64,000 nucleotides of DNA from the human T2T-CHM13v2.0 reference genome, Homo sapiens: the NCBI RefSeq assembly GCF_009914755.1, contig NC_060926.1. One strand, 5' to 3'. Numbering within the stretch: position 1 is the stretch's first letter; every line of letters begins with the position of its first letter. Made by a program: the position numbers and the translations under genes. Of the stretch, positions 12,251 through 26,570 are shown one piece after another. The notes under the pieces are model-generated. The model saw only the letters and a program-made list of their open reading frames with translations, had not been told where the DNA came from and did no database searches.

Positions 12251-15200
12251 CTGTGATTTCCATTCTCTACCACTGCAAATAAGGAAGAAACCATTTGTCT
12301 GTCATAATGGGCATAGAGTCATCCTCTATGGTGCTTAATTTCTATTTTACAACCAAACTCAGAAAAATATATCCAGTGATCCTGCAATAAAGACTTAATA
12401 GACAGGATATTTTCTGAGTTTTAAATGAACATTTTATAAAATATAATAAGACAGAACAAACTAGGAATAAATATTTCAATCAGAAGTTTTTCTTTTTAGT
12501 CTTTTGTTTTCCAAAACATTTGACTTTGACGAATACACTTTGTGGCACAACTCTGCATCTTTGCATTTCTTTCAAGACACATATAATTTGTCCTTATTGC
12601 AAGTTTTTAATTGGCCTAGTTTCCCCAAAATAAAGTGATTTGATTCTATAAGTATGAGATAGTTTGTTAAAATAATATTTACATCAAGAAAGATTACTTA
12701 AGAATTCCTCAGTACCTTTATTATTATTAAATTATGGTGTTCGGGCCTGATGTGTTTTGCTGCAACTGATGATGTCAAATTTGCCCTTTTTTTCTATTAT
12801 ATGTTCGGCCCACATGTAAGATACTTCGGTGGCAGGCAGACTCTTGCACAGTGGGTCTTTTATAAGAATTGAGGCTGAGCAACTTCCTACTTTACCTCAA
12901 GGCAAGGTGGCTGGCTCTTTGTATAATTATAAAAATGTATATTTGAGAATGAAAACTTCTTATTTACAATAATATAGACTAGTAACAATAATATAAACAT
13001 GCTCATTCTTACCGTGTTCTTAGAATATCAAATTATTTAGATGTGGTAAGGCAACTAATTGCATATTGAATGGCAGGCAGACGGGGTAGAAATCATCACA
13101 GCTCATTTACCATGTGATGGCATACCCAAATACAAGAGACTACATGTGCCAACTTCATAAGCTTCTTCCTACCTGGTGAAAATGATTAAGAAATGTATCT
13201 GTACTAGGGGATTCTGATTATGTAAATGATGCACATGTAAACCACCAAACAACACTCTTGAGGCTACAATAAGAGTAAATTACTTACACCATATAAATCC
13301 TGTTTCTGTAGAAATTTTTAAGGAATCCCTATTTTTCTTCCCATAGGGAATACACTGTGTTCCTAACTTCCAATTCATTTCTCCTAATTACCCTCAAAGG
13401 AAATTAATGTCACTATTTTACTTTTATAAATGGTGGGAAAGAGAATTTGACCAGGTTAACTTACCCTTTAGGATCCAGCAATCGTTCCAGTGGGATCAGC
13501 TGAATGGGAGGAAAAAAGAGCAAGCATCCAGGACACTAGCCTTTGAAAAGGGCTAAATGAGGTAAAGGAAAGAACCAAGCAAGAACCACGCAAAGGCTTT
13601 CAGTGCAGTGGCGGCAGGAGCTAATTTGCTTCGTTCCCTTCTATGCCTGCAGTCTGCCCCTTAATGTTGCCCAGTCATTCCCAAATCCATTCTGAAAGTC
13701 AAAGAAGATGAGCCAAAATATAGGAAAGTGACTCAATGTATAAGAGTGTTTTGTCAGAGTATGTCTTTATTTAGAAGAGAAAGACTGAATTGGTGGGGGC
13801 AGACTGAAATAATAAAGAAATCACCGGACCTTGGGATCAAACCTTCTCCTAGCAGCTTGAATCTTAGTTCTGCCATTTACAGATGTGTTCTATAAGCAGT
13901 ACTCCATCCCTCTTTGTTCAGAAACCTTATCTCTGAAAAAAATACCTACTTCAAAGGCTTTGTTTAAAAATTTAATAATTTAAGTAAACCTTCTTATACA
14001 TTTCATAAAACAGAATAGATATCATTAGTCATTTCTATAGTCTTTGCTGTCAATCAAAAAAGGTCTGTGAATCTGCCCACATACATATGGGATGTCTCTT
14101 CACCTGAAACATTTACCTCCTGCTGTCATCATCATTTTACCAAAAAGAAAAAACTGCAAGCTTTTGCCATTGTATAGAATTCTGTTTCTCAATGCTATTC
14201 CTTCTCAGTTGTGTATTATTTGGCAACGAAATATCATATAAGAAAAGTGGATATGAGGATTTCAGTGACAACAAGAGTAATAATCATGATAAACAATCTG
14301 GCCTGTCCAAAATTGCCACCCAACCATGCAAAAACTTATCTGAGCCCAGTGGTATGCACCAAATCACCTATGTGATGCATAAAAAAGAATAACCTCAATT
14401 TATGCTTCATTTTGCACGGAGTAATTTTAATAATTCATGCACCTAAGTTATGTCACCTGTGTTCATTGCATTTATGTTCCTGTTGTTTACACTCCACAGT
14501 ATTTATAGTTACCGGGGAACAGCAGTGCTAACCCAATTATATTTACCCTCATATATACCTGTGAGATTTACAGCTTTTCAGTTATGCTCTCAAAATTACC
14601 TGTGATTTCCAAAGCATACTGTTAAGAATTTCGTGTTTTGGAACATGCATATATGAAAGTTTGAGCTTTTGATTTTTTCGCACATGCTTTCTGATTTCAA
14701 AATTACAAATACCCTTTGAATGTCCTCAAATCCACTTTTCTTACATGCTATTATCAAATAATAATGGTATTCCATATTTTTGTATGGTATTAGCAATTAA
14801 TGACAGTCTCTGAAAGGCAGGTATTTGTTTTCATTGTAGTACACAGAATGAGAAACAGATGACATAAACTTTTTTTTTAAGCTCGAGAAAAGAGAGCAGA
14901 TGTCAGCAAATGGCCTTCAACTCTGTAAATCCTAAACCAATTTCTCGTTCAAATTATCCCTTTTTTACAGACTTCACCATCGAGGAAAAGGACCTACAAA
15001 TGTCCAAGGCTGACTGGGGAATCTCATCTGCATCTTTTTTTATTGGCTCTTGGGTACATTTTGGTACTTGTGACAGGTTATTTCCTTGTTTTAATTAATT
15101 TTTATTAGAGCATTGTGATGTAATATGCTTTGGGCTGTTTATATGTTGCAAGATGTTCATTTACAATGTAATTGAACTCATATTTTTCTCTATCCCCTGG

Positions 15201-15881
15201 GCAAAGGTTAGGCTTTGAAATGTTGTGTATTAATATACTTCCACTGGTTGCCTCACAACTTAAACATGTAAATTGTATATATTTCAAAATATGGTAATAA
15301 CTGTTGTATAAATATTTTACAGGGCAATTCCCCTAGTAAAATCTACAATTTCTTCCTAAACATACTTTTATGGATGTCTACTATGGTGAATATCTCCCAT
15401 TCATAGTGAGATAAAACAGGAAAACTATCACAAAGAAATCAAGTGGAAAGAAGGGCCCTAGAAAGCTAAGGCTATGTTCTGACTGTCCAGTTTGCTAGCT
15501 GTGGTTTAGGGCTAATCTCACTAAGCCTGAATTACCTCATATGTATAACAGAAATAACACAGGGTCATTTCGAGAACCAAGAGAATCCAGGACTATGAAG
15601 ATCTTTGAAATGTTAAAGTATCATTCATGTGTGAGTACTTATTGAATATCTTCAAAGACTATCCAAATGTGAGATGCCAAACAAAGCAAATCCAAAAATC
15701 TTCTTTTTGGCAGCTTTTGCTTAATGATCATGTAAAACATAGCATATTTTAAAGTGGACTTTAAAATATTCTCCATGGCCAGTACTTTTTAAAATGTCTT
15801 CTATACCAGTTTTAAAACGTCATACACATATGGATCAACCTCAGATTCTGGTTCAGTAAGCCTGGGATAGGGCCCCAGATT

Positions 15882-16143
15882 CAGTGTCACTCAAAGTGCG
15901 AACCAGGATCAGTGCTTGTCCTCAAACACGCCTCCCAGTCCATGACAATGAGATGAGGGGCTGGTACCAGAATGTCAATCAACACACTGATTCCTTCCCA
16001 AAAAAAAGGTCTGACTATGAAAAAATGTCAGCTGTATAAAACAGGGTATTTGGTGATGCGGTTAATTTCCATCTGGCTGAAGCTCCTTATCCCTGTGTGA
16101 ACTGGGAAACAATTAGTTCTGTCAGACACTTTGAGTAGCACTG
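15882..16143 (+). mobile_element. hAT-Charlie non-autonomous DNA transposon (Charlie4-like), preceded by a MER5-like fragment at about 15830-15881
   Basis: TIRs cagtgtcactcaaagtg ... cactttgagtagcactg; the right flank ttctagac fits the Charlie NTCTAGAN target. Confidence 0.65.
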
Positions 16144-16840
16144 TTCTAGACTGATGGTGGGAGGAAAGGATTTAAAATATCTGTTTTTCATTTGTTGTGA
16201 TATCACTGCCTAACTAAAGTAATGATGTTTGGGGGAAAGAGTGCTATTGGGGAATATTAACTAGCATTGCCATTGGTCAATCAGCAAAATGTTGACGCTG
16301 ATATATCTGAGTCAAAATTCCTGTTCTGGACTTATTAGCAACATGAGTTTTAGGCAAATTATCGTCTTCATTTGGGCCATTTGGAGTTGAATTGTGAAGG
16401 GTAATTACAATGTTTTCCATGTCACTTTCTTTACCCGCTTCTTTCCTTTATTCAGGGCCCATTGGGCTGAGGACCTCTCAGGAGGCCCCTGGTAGGGGCA
16501 TTGCCCCTCCACCTCCTGCACATACACAGCCTCTGTCACCTGCTTCCTCCCTCCCTGATGGAGTGCCATACACTGAATCCTCTCCCCTGAGAAAACCCCT
16601 TCATAAAATCTGGCCCATTCTTCCTGATTTCACCTCCCGAAATAAACTTTGAGGTGACAAATCTATTATTAAACAAGATATTTATATTTTAACCAAATTA
16701 TTTTGAAATCTTAAGAATCTTAGAGACACAAACTGCTTATCACGATGACCATTGTTGCCAAATACACAATCCTATTTTCTTGTTTGTTTCAAAACAATCT
16801 TCATATGACTTTATGTTCAAAATCACAAAAACCAAAATGT

Positions 16841-17210
<370 letters not shown>

Positions 17211-19289
17211 TTATTCCTGGCTGGAAAAATCAGGAAGAATCCTTGGAAAAGTTAATATATGCACAAGATATAATATGATGCTTATTGTCATAATATTATT
17301 TCCTCAAAGGAAAAAGTGTAATATATTTTGTAAATGCATTGTGAAAAATATTTAACCAAAATCTAGACTTTTTAAGAAACCCAGGGTTATTGTATATGCA
17401 GCTTTAGATAAGGGAAAGGGAAAAAGAGCAGTGAAGAGGAAGATTAACTTTTACTCTAAATCATTGGAACTCCAATGTAAAATTTGAGAAAATGTACTTT
17501 AGCACGCGGACATTTCTTATGTATAAAAGTAGATATATTTAGAAGAAGATGGGGGAAACAAAGTGAATGCTATTGCTGAGACCATTGATTTTATATGTCT
17601 CCTACCCAATGCAGCAAAATTATAGCTCTTGGAAATCTGATTGTCCTCCGTTAAACACTATAATTTCTAATATAATTGGCCAATAAATAACAACATAAAT
17701 TAATTGTTATATTTAAATACTAATGAGATTCATTTCTATTGAGCTTTAGCATATTTCACATAGACATTAATGTGCCTCAAATCAGGGGAATAAACTAAAC
17801 CACAGCAGCCTTGTGGACATTTTTCGCTTGTAAAGAGCATGTATGTGTAGTAATATTTAAATAAGCCTGCTTTATAGAGAAACTTGGGTGTGTTCAAACT
17901 ACTGAGTAATTTTTTTAGTAAGTTTGGATTTTATATAATTGGGTTGCTCATTAGGCTGTGATTAATGCTGTGCTTATTTTGTATGCAATCAGAAAGCTAA
18001 CATTTACATGGACAAAGAAAAAAGGAGAGAAGCAGTAAAGGAGATAGAAAAGGCTAACAATGGAAAGCTAACAATGAAACCGCCTACAGAATTGTTTTAA
18101 GCTTCTCCATTAGGGAGGGGGACAAAAAACTATTTAATTATCATATTTAAGACTGAGAAAGTTTTTTAATAAAACAGTTTTGTTAATCACAAATGTGATT
18201 TTGATCAATTCTAGGGTATGCATACAGAACGTGAGTCTGAATCTGGTTATTCTACATTTATTTATATTTAAATGTTTGAAAACTCCCTTAAAAAGTCACC
18301 AGAAAATGAGAAACTCATCGCATGCAACTTAATCTATATCTTCATTTTCATAAGAACCTTCAAAAGACTAGAGTCTATGAAATTTTAACTCCTCTTTTCC
18401 AAAAGTAAGTCAGAGAGAGCACAGAAAAGACATTAAGATGTACGCAATTACAGTATAAGAAACACTTTGGTCTAGAAAAGGTTTTTTTTGCCTTTTATGC
18501 AGCACTCAGCTACATCTCCAATTTCTTGCTATTATTGTTTTATTTACAAAATACGTATTAGCATTTTTATTGACTACGAGTACAATGTAAGTGTAACTGG
18601 AAGCCAAAACTGTATCTTTTCAAGGTCAAACACTAAGTTAGAGGCTGCCAAGTCAAGACAAAACTTCTTTTCATCAAAGTAACCTAATTTAACTTATTCA
18701 TTGAGTTATTAGAAAGATTTATTATCATAGCCATGAAACACACCATCTTAGGCTTGTGGTGAATATTATTGTTCTCCAGTAGTCCACACCTTTCCAATAT
18801 AAGCAACTTGCTATTGAATAACTGACAAATTATGAGTCAGATTTTGCTTGAACTCTCCCAGTGAAAAGAAACTCACAAATCACAAAAAGAAAATTCTTAC
18901 CCATTAATCTTAATTTGAAGAGGGGAGGGGAGCAACCAAACAAAAGAAGACAAGTTTTTTACTTCTAGATCATAAAATCAACTTTGTAAAGACTACTTGA
19001 TAGGATCTTAGAGAAGGATGCTTACAAGTTCAACATAACAATAGGTGAGATTATATAATCAAGCATTCCCAAAGTGTTTATTAAAGATGGCAATGAAAGA
19101 GAATGTTCATGTATATGAAGCTAATTCCAGGCGTTCATATTATCAATCCATTTTTTAAGTGCTTGCCATATACCATGCTTAGAGCATGAGCACCCACATA
19201 CATGCTCTTTGCCTTCACAGAGCTTTTGGCATGAGAGGCAGACACTTACACACTTAAATCCACGTTGGATATGTACTACTAAGGAATTT

Positions 19290-20710
19290 TATTGTCACCA
19301 GCTTTCTCAATGACTACAATAAAACCCAAGCCCCTTCCCATGTCCAGCCTCACCTTGTGTCATGCTCCATACTGTAACAACAGTGACCTTTTTGTCCTGC
19401 TTGAGGAATTTTGTAAAAGTTCCTTCACCTTTCTGGAATATCTTGTTCCCTGACATTTATATGTCTGGGTCTTTTTCATGGTTCAGATCTCAGCTTAAAA
19501 GAGGTTCTCTCCAATTGCTTGTCTAAAAGTAAACCATCTCTTCAGTTACTGTCTTATGGGGCATCCTGTTTATCTTATTCATAGTACTTACCTGAAGTCT
19601 ATAAGAACTTTAATTTTTAATTGGATTCTTATTTATTTTACCCCAAACTAGAATTCATTCTTTCATTCAAAAATATTTGTAATGACACTACTATGTACCA
19701 GATACTGTTCTGGGTCTTGGGATATAGTAGTGAACAAATAGACTTAAGTTTCCATCACTCTCAGTATATATATTTTAGAGATAGGAGATAAATAGTAAAC
19801 AAATGAAAAAAATAATGTACAATATGTCAAGAAAGTAGAATTAGAGAAGCACAAAAAAGTGTAGTGATATTCTGCATAAGATAGCCAAGAATGCACTCTT
19901 TGGTGAGATGACATTGTATCCATGAAGTCCATGAAGGCAGAATCCTAGTTCATCCAAGCAACCTCAGTGCCTGGCACAGTGGCTGGTCCATAGGAGATAC
20001 TCAAAAAATATTTGATAATTGAATGAATGAATAAGCGAATTAATAAAAAATATAATCCCTAGCACATAGTGGGTTATATCCTTACATGAATCTCCCATCA
20101 GAAATACAGGATTCGCTAGGCTGTAAAGTGTGGAGAGTTGACTAGAAAATACAGAGTAGAGACAGAGAGACTCAATACGCAGTAGGTGAAGTAATACAAA
20201 CGAGAAATTAATATGGCCCGTATTTGTGGCTGTGGGGATAAAAGGTAAAAATGGCAAAGCACAATGAATGCAAATGCTGGGGCAGAGTAGAGGAAGTAGG
20301 AAATAATGAAATAATCACCCCAATACTCCTCACTTAAAACACTGCATATATGATTGCACTGATTGCTTATTTAAGAAACACAGAGGGAGTGTACAGATGG
20401 AAAAGAAGGTAAGTTTAGTTCTGGATATGTTAATTTTGTGGTACCTTTGACTATCCAAGTAAATGTATTCATTTGGCTATAAGGTCCAAAGTTTGGGGAG
20501 GGACTTACACTTTAAAATCAGCAGTTTATAAATGACAGTGGATCTATGCGAGTGGATGAGATACACTGATGCAATGAGGAGAGAAGAGGGATCATTAAAA
20601 AAAATCCTAAGGGACACCAACATCTAAGGGTTGACCAGAGAAAAACTAGTTATTATCATCTAAAAAAGGAGCAGAGAGGTAATAGAAGAATCAAAAGAAT
20701 ATCATGTCAA
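19290..20710. mobile_element. Cluster of L2 fragments in both orientations
   Basis: ttcagatctcagcttaaa; ctactatgtaccagatactgttc; cagtgcctggcacag...ttgaatgaatgaat (L2 3' end); gagtggatgagat...gagagaagaggg. Confidence 0.65.
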
Positions 20711-20759
20711 GAAATGCAACAAAAAAACCATACATATAGAATATGAAGAATATGTGTAG

Positions 20760-21270
20760 ATGCCATCTTAAAGGAGTGATCAGTGATAATATCACCAGCA
20801 ATACATATCAACATTATGTAACTCCTAATCTCATGCACCAAGAGGAAAAGGGAATATTATTTCTGTGGTATCATTCCCAACAATATATAGCATCAATCAT
20901 ATCACAAAAACATCAAACCAGTCCAAATTGAATACAATCTACAAAATAGCTGATCAAGACTCTTCAAAGTTATCAAGGTCATCATGAAACACAAAGGATG
21001 AACTGTCAGATTGGATGAGAGCATGGAGACAGGACAATTAAATGCACTGTGGCATCCTGGACTGGATCTTGGAACAGAAAAAGGACTTAGTTGAAAAACT
21101 GCAAAAATCTGAATAAATTTTGTTGTGTTGTTAATAGCACTGTACCAAGGTTAATTTATTAATTTTGATAATTGTTCAATGCTTATATTAGATGTTAAAA
21201 TAAGGGGAAGCTGGGTGGAAGGTGTACAGGTATTTTTTGTCCTATATTTGCAAATATTCTCTAAAACTAT
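20760..21270 (+). mobile_element. L1MC-type 3' fragment
   Basis: ctcttcaaagttatcaaggtcat...atcctggactggatcttggaacagaaaaaggac...ggggaagctgggtggaagg. Confidence 0.75.
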
Positions 21271-21299
21271 CTCTAGAATAGGATTGCTGTAACTTGAAA

Positions 21300-21430
21300 C
21301 CCAACTCTATGATCCAACTGTGTGACCTCGGGCAAGTTAACTTACCTAGCCTCAGTTTCTACATCTAAAAATGAGAATAATAATCTTTTTTATATGGTCT
21401 TATGAGGATTCATTAGGGCAATATGTATTT
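21300..21430 (+). mobile_element. MIR fragment
   Basis: ctgtgtgacctcgggcaagttaac...cctcagtttc...aaaatgagaataataat. Confidence 0.75.
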
Positions 21431-24117
21431 ATCTTTATGTTGTCTGACTTTAGGGGTTCTGTTTTCTAGAGCTGAGCTGATTAAAAATGTTAGCCAAATG
21501 TTTAATGAACAAATACTAAAAAACTAGTACTCAACTGAGCCAAGGTTTTTCTGGAGAAAAGCAAATCTGAAACATTCTTCAATGCTTAATTATTATTAAC
21601 ATTTTAATATTATTAAAAATGTTAAAAATCAAATTTTAATTTTTTGATCTGGAAGGCAAAAACAATAATTTCTCAGCAATTTTGGTTTCTAGATTGCTTC
21701 TGCAGTCCTTATATTACACATTTACAATATTAAATGCATATTCATTTTTAACAGAGGTTGTAGGGAAGAATTTTTTGCCTGACTGTCCATACAGAGGGTC
21801 CCATTGAGGAGATATTGCCATCAACTTATTAAGTTTTTCTTCCTCTCTAGTAGACAATGGCTAAAGAAATACCTCCTCTTCAACTCCAAAACTTGAAGAT
21901 TGTATTGGATTTTATGACATGATAATATTTTCATAATCTTCTAAATTAAAGCTTAAAGATACTGTCTAAACATTTTCAGAAGGAAACTTAAAATTGTTCC
22001 CTTCACTTTCTTTAATGAAACATTTTAGGATACATTTTTGTTTTCAGGAATCAATCACATACAAAGACAAAAGACTGTTGTGGTGATTTCCAATCAGCAA
22101 AAGTTACATACAAGTTATATTTTATCAGGGTTTTCTCACCCATTATTTTTATAGGCAAAGTTACATTTGCGGAGGAGAGATGATGTGTCTGGGGAAGCAT
22201 ACACTGAGACATTATGATTAACTTGCATTTTAAAGAAATGTGTAGTGTCTACATTGTAACAATTTGAAAGAGATTTGTATTCTACAATTTTAACTGCGAT
22301 AATTAATAAACTCTGATTCTGACATACTATTGGTTAGTACAACATAACATTTTTATTTCCAACGTTTGTTCACGTACTTGCTACTTCACAAAATCCCTTG
22401 AGGGTAAAAATATATTCTTCACCTTGGATCTAGAAATGTGATAGCCAAGCAAAGCAATTGGCTTTCAAGATAACATAATCATCGCTCCATTTCTATAAGC
22501 TTTTTGCTCTCATTATTCCTACTACAACTTCAGAATTTAGCCTAGAGTAGAATGACGGGAGGATTTTTCAGCAGATAACATGTAAGAATACTTGCTTTCT
22601 CAAAGCACTTTAATTTGGTTGCTTCTTCAACAGATTTCTGGAAACACACTTATGCTTTCTCTGTAAGGTACTATTTGTTGTAAGTCCTGCTACGTTGGCT
22701 GGCATTATTATCTGCAAAGTTCATTTCGTTCAAGCAGAATGTTAATTTGTAATAGTAGTTAAACATCTGGTCTAAGCACATGACACACTGATTGCTAAAT
22801 GTCTTATACATCTTATAGTTTGTTCCTAGCTGAAGAAGAATGATAAAAGAAGCCCACAATCTTTCTGCTTGTGGCATGTAATCCCATTACATTATGTGAT
22901 GCTATAATTACTTTCAGAGCACACAACTGTGGGATTGGGATAAAATATCATATGCTTATAATTCATAAATCATTCAAAATCCTCACCATTTTTGTTCAAT
23001 GGCAATGAAACTGCATGACACTTTTCTTATATTCTCTTCTATAAATATTTCTTCAGTTAAATTAACTGTGTTGCTAGCTGTTTGAGACCAAGAAGTCACT
23101 CAGCAAGCAAGTCAAGTAGATGCAAGATTAAATTCATCATTCCCACTGAGCTGTGAGATTTATAGGTGATTTCGCATTGTTTTGACATGTTCAAATGTGC
23201 ACTTCACAAGAAACAGAAATAGTTAAATGACTAACATCACTAATTTTCAGGTATACAGCAAAATGTAATTCAAGAAGTTTTTCAGTGGTAAGATTCTAAA
23301 TTGAACATTGTACCTAGAATTCATACTTTGAGCAGATCTCAGAAACCTTCATGTTTATTAAAAATGTTTGATAGCTACAGCAATCATTTCAACTTGTCAT
23401 TTTTTAAATTGTAGCCACTCCACATGTAAAACTACAAGGAATTGCCTTCTTAAAGCACTCTTGTAAAATCTGTTATCTTATAATTTGATTGATGAGAACA
23501 AAACTGTTTTTGAATACTTCATTTTTCTCCAATGACTATTTTGCTTCACATTCTTTAAATTCTTTATAATTCTTGGATCAAAGATGACTTAAAATGAAAT
23601 TTTTCATCTAGTATCATTTTGAAGGACTTTTTTCTCCTCATAAAATTTGGGCTAGAATTTCTATTTCTAATGCATTTTTGAATGGCAGAAGAAATTCAAA
23701 AGAATATTTTTGACAGCAAAATTGAAAGAAGAAAAAAACAGTTTATACATATTATTTTTAAGTTATTAATTGTAAAACACAAAACAATTTCATAAGATTG
23801 CATGTAGGATATAATATAATCTCCAGTATTTTGCTTTGAATTGTATATTGTTAGCATTTTTGGTTCAAGAGCTGTGTATGCTTTAAAATTTTACCTAGCT
23901 AATTATCAGTCTTGTGCTGATTAACCATGTAAAAGCCCTTAAAAATTATTTCTGTACACAAAATTAATCACTTTCATTACGAATTAATGATATTTTTGCA
24001 ATAACAAATACCTTTATGCTTAAACTGACAGAGTACATTTCAGCATAAAAAGCACACAAGAAAAATTTCAACCCAATTTACACATAGAATGCTTACTTAT
24101 ACTTGAAAGTGAATGTT

Positions 24118-24405
24118 GGCCGGGCGCAGTGGCTCACACCTGTATTCTTACCGCTTTAGGGAGCTGAGGCAAGAGGATTACTTGAGCCCAGGAGTTCAAG
24201 ACCAGCCTGGAGAACATGGAAAGACCTTGTCTCTACAAATAATACAAAAAATTAGCTAGGCATGGTGGCATACCTGTAGCCCCAGCTACTTAGGAGGCTG
24301 AGGTGGGAGAATTGCCTGAACCTGTGAGGTCGAAGCTTCAGTAAGCCATGAATGCACCACTGTGCTCCACCCTGGACAACATAGTGAGACTCTGTCTCAA
24401 AAAAA
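24118..24405 (+). mobile_element. AluJ
   Basis: cttgagcccaggagttcaagaccagcctgg; TSD gaaagtgaat(g/a)tt. Confidence 0.93.
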
Positions 24406-24539
24406 GAAAGTGAATATTCAGATATTTAACTTATATCCTAATTTATTTTTGTCAGTTGTGAATTTTAGTAAGATACACTACTTAGATAAGATGGTGAGAG
24501 TGTTATTATTTTTCCTCTGCTCACCAGTGATGATGTGAA

Positions 24540-24750
24540 CAGTGGAAGTCAGCAAACTACAGCTCCAGAGCCAAATCTGCCCCATCTTCTGTATTGCATT
24601 TCCCTTCAGCTAAGAATGGTTTTAATTTTTTTCTTGTTTGTATTTTAAATGATTATGTTAGTATTGACATATTATCCTTGATTTTATCTATTTGCCAAAA
24701 AACCTAAAATAATTACTATCTTACATTTTACAGGAAAGTTTGCTGAGCAG
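24540..24750 (+). mobile_element. MER58-like hAT MITE
   Basis: gtcagcaaactacagc...gccaaatctgccc...agctaagaatggtttt...ttacaggaaagtttgctga. Confidence 0.7.
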
Positions 24751-26492
24751 CACCCACCACTGCCCCTCCCCGCCCCATCACCAACCACCATTTTCAAAAT
24801 CACAGGATATCAGTAATTACGTTACAGTGACCTTTCAGTTATCTGGCCTTATGAAGGCCAAAACCAAAAATATGCAAACTTTACCCTAATATCTAAAAAG
24901 AGATGCCAAATCTAATTTGAGATGTGGGCTACTTTGATCTCTCTGATATCGTATGCATGTTATACTGTTTTTTACCTAAGGAGAGGGTCAGTAGCTTTTA
25001 TCAGTTTCTAAAACGGATCTCTGTCTACCCCTCATATCAAGGCTCTTCACTATACATATAGCCTTTCCAGAGACATACAGAGCATGACATTCCCAAATCA
25101 ATATTTTCATATATTCAAGAATGGTTCTTAAAGGTAAAATACTATTTCGCCTTAAAATACTAGGTGAAATACTGTGCTAAAACTAATGACTTTATCAGCA
25201 GTAATTAGGAATCCTAAGAATCTGTTCCACACTGTGAAACCATCAATTTCCAAAGAACAATTGAAGAAACATGTAACGCCTTTCCCAAACACAGTCGTTT
25301 TCACTTGGGCCTTGCCTACATGGCACAGGCAAATGAAAAGGAAGCCAAGTCTATAAGGACCATCCACAGCCTTAAAACACTACTCTAATGTAGAAATAGA
25401 CTTGCCCATTTGTACCTGCATTACTACATCAGAGCCTGATCTCAAGGTCACATATACAAGAAAATATATGTGTCTCATATGTATTTAATTAAATAATCTG
25501 CTCCTTTATTTGGCACCAGTTAAACTGGAACCAGCCCTTTGCTTCTTGTGAGATCACTCATCTATTCCAAGTACTTGTTTTGCCAATTACTAACTTGCAC
25601 GCTGTTATGCTCAATGTCCTGGAAATGCAGTGAGTGATGCTGAACGCAAAGAGGGAAGGACTTGGGCATCATCATTCAGAGACCCCAATACTTTGCTCCT
25701 TACCATATCATACAGAGTAGTAGCCAGTAAGTCATTTGCTTATAACAAAGAAAATGTCTTAAAATGAAGAATCAGAAGAGCAATTTAAAATTATATTTGT
25801 GGACAACTTAAATTTTAGTTCAAGGCTTGTATGCTAAAAATTATTAATAATAAAGACCTTTATTTTCATGCTGAAATAGGTTTGATGCCAAGTCCTGTAT
25901 GGGTAGTCGTTATACAATTTATACAGGTCCTAATGTCTGGATTTGAAGTTTTATTTTTTATAACAAAAGCTGATAATCTCTATGATTGATTGTGTGTTCA
26001 TTACTATGCCAGGCACCAATAATTGACTTATGTACATTACTTCCCTGAATTCTTACATTTTCCTTTGTTCCTGCCCTTCTGTTTGCTTAGGATGCTCTAT
26101 ACCCTTCTTTCAATTCCTACACACCCTAGGTCCCAGTGCAAGCATAATTTTCTCAGAGAAATTTCTCAGATTAGGTCATGTTCACCTATTTTAAGATATT
26201 TTAGCACTTTTTCTAATCAATGTTGTAGCCACGATTCAGACTTCTATAATTATCCTGTCATTTATAGAGGCAGTGTTTTATGTGAGAAGGACTTAGGCTT
26301 TGCCACAGGTATGTTCGGCATATAACAGTTCTATACCAAAGCACCTTTGACCATCAAGTCTTTGGCCTTCAAGGGAAGAAAATGTAGAGAGACTGTCAGG
26401 AGCTTAAGTGAGATTTCTCCCCGCATTGGCAGAAGATAAGCCAACCTGCAGGGAAGCTCTAGAAAACTAACTACACTACTCACAAATGGACA

Positions 26493-26570
26493 TGCACACA
26501 CACTCACACAAACAAACACACACACCCATTCATATAACCCCACTACAAATGCTACATACATACACCTCTA
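26493..26570 (+). repeat. Degenerate (CA)n-rich tract
   Basis: cacacactcacacaaacaaacacacacac. Confidence 0.7.

Noticed and set aside
22633-22680. + strand acceptor ttgcttcttcaacag with nearby weak donors
   Set aside because: The donor context is poor and there is no recognisable peptide; likely a chance site.
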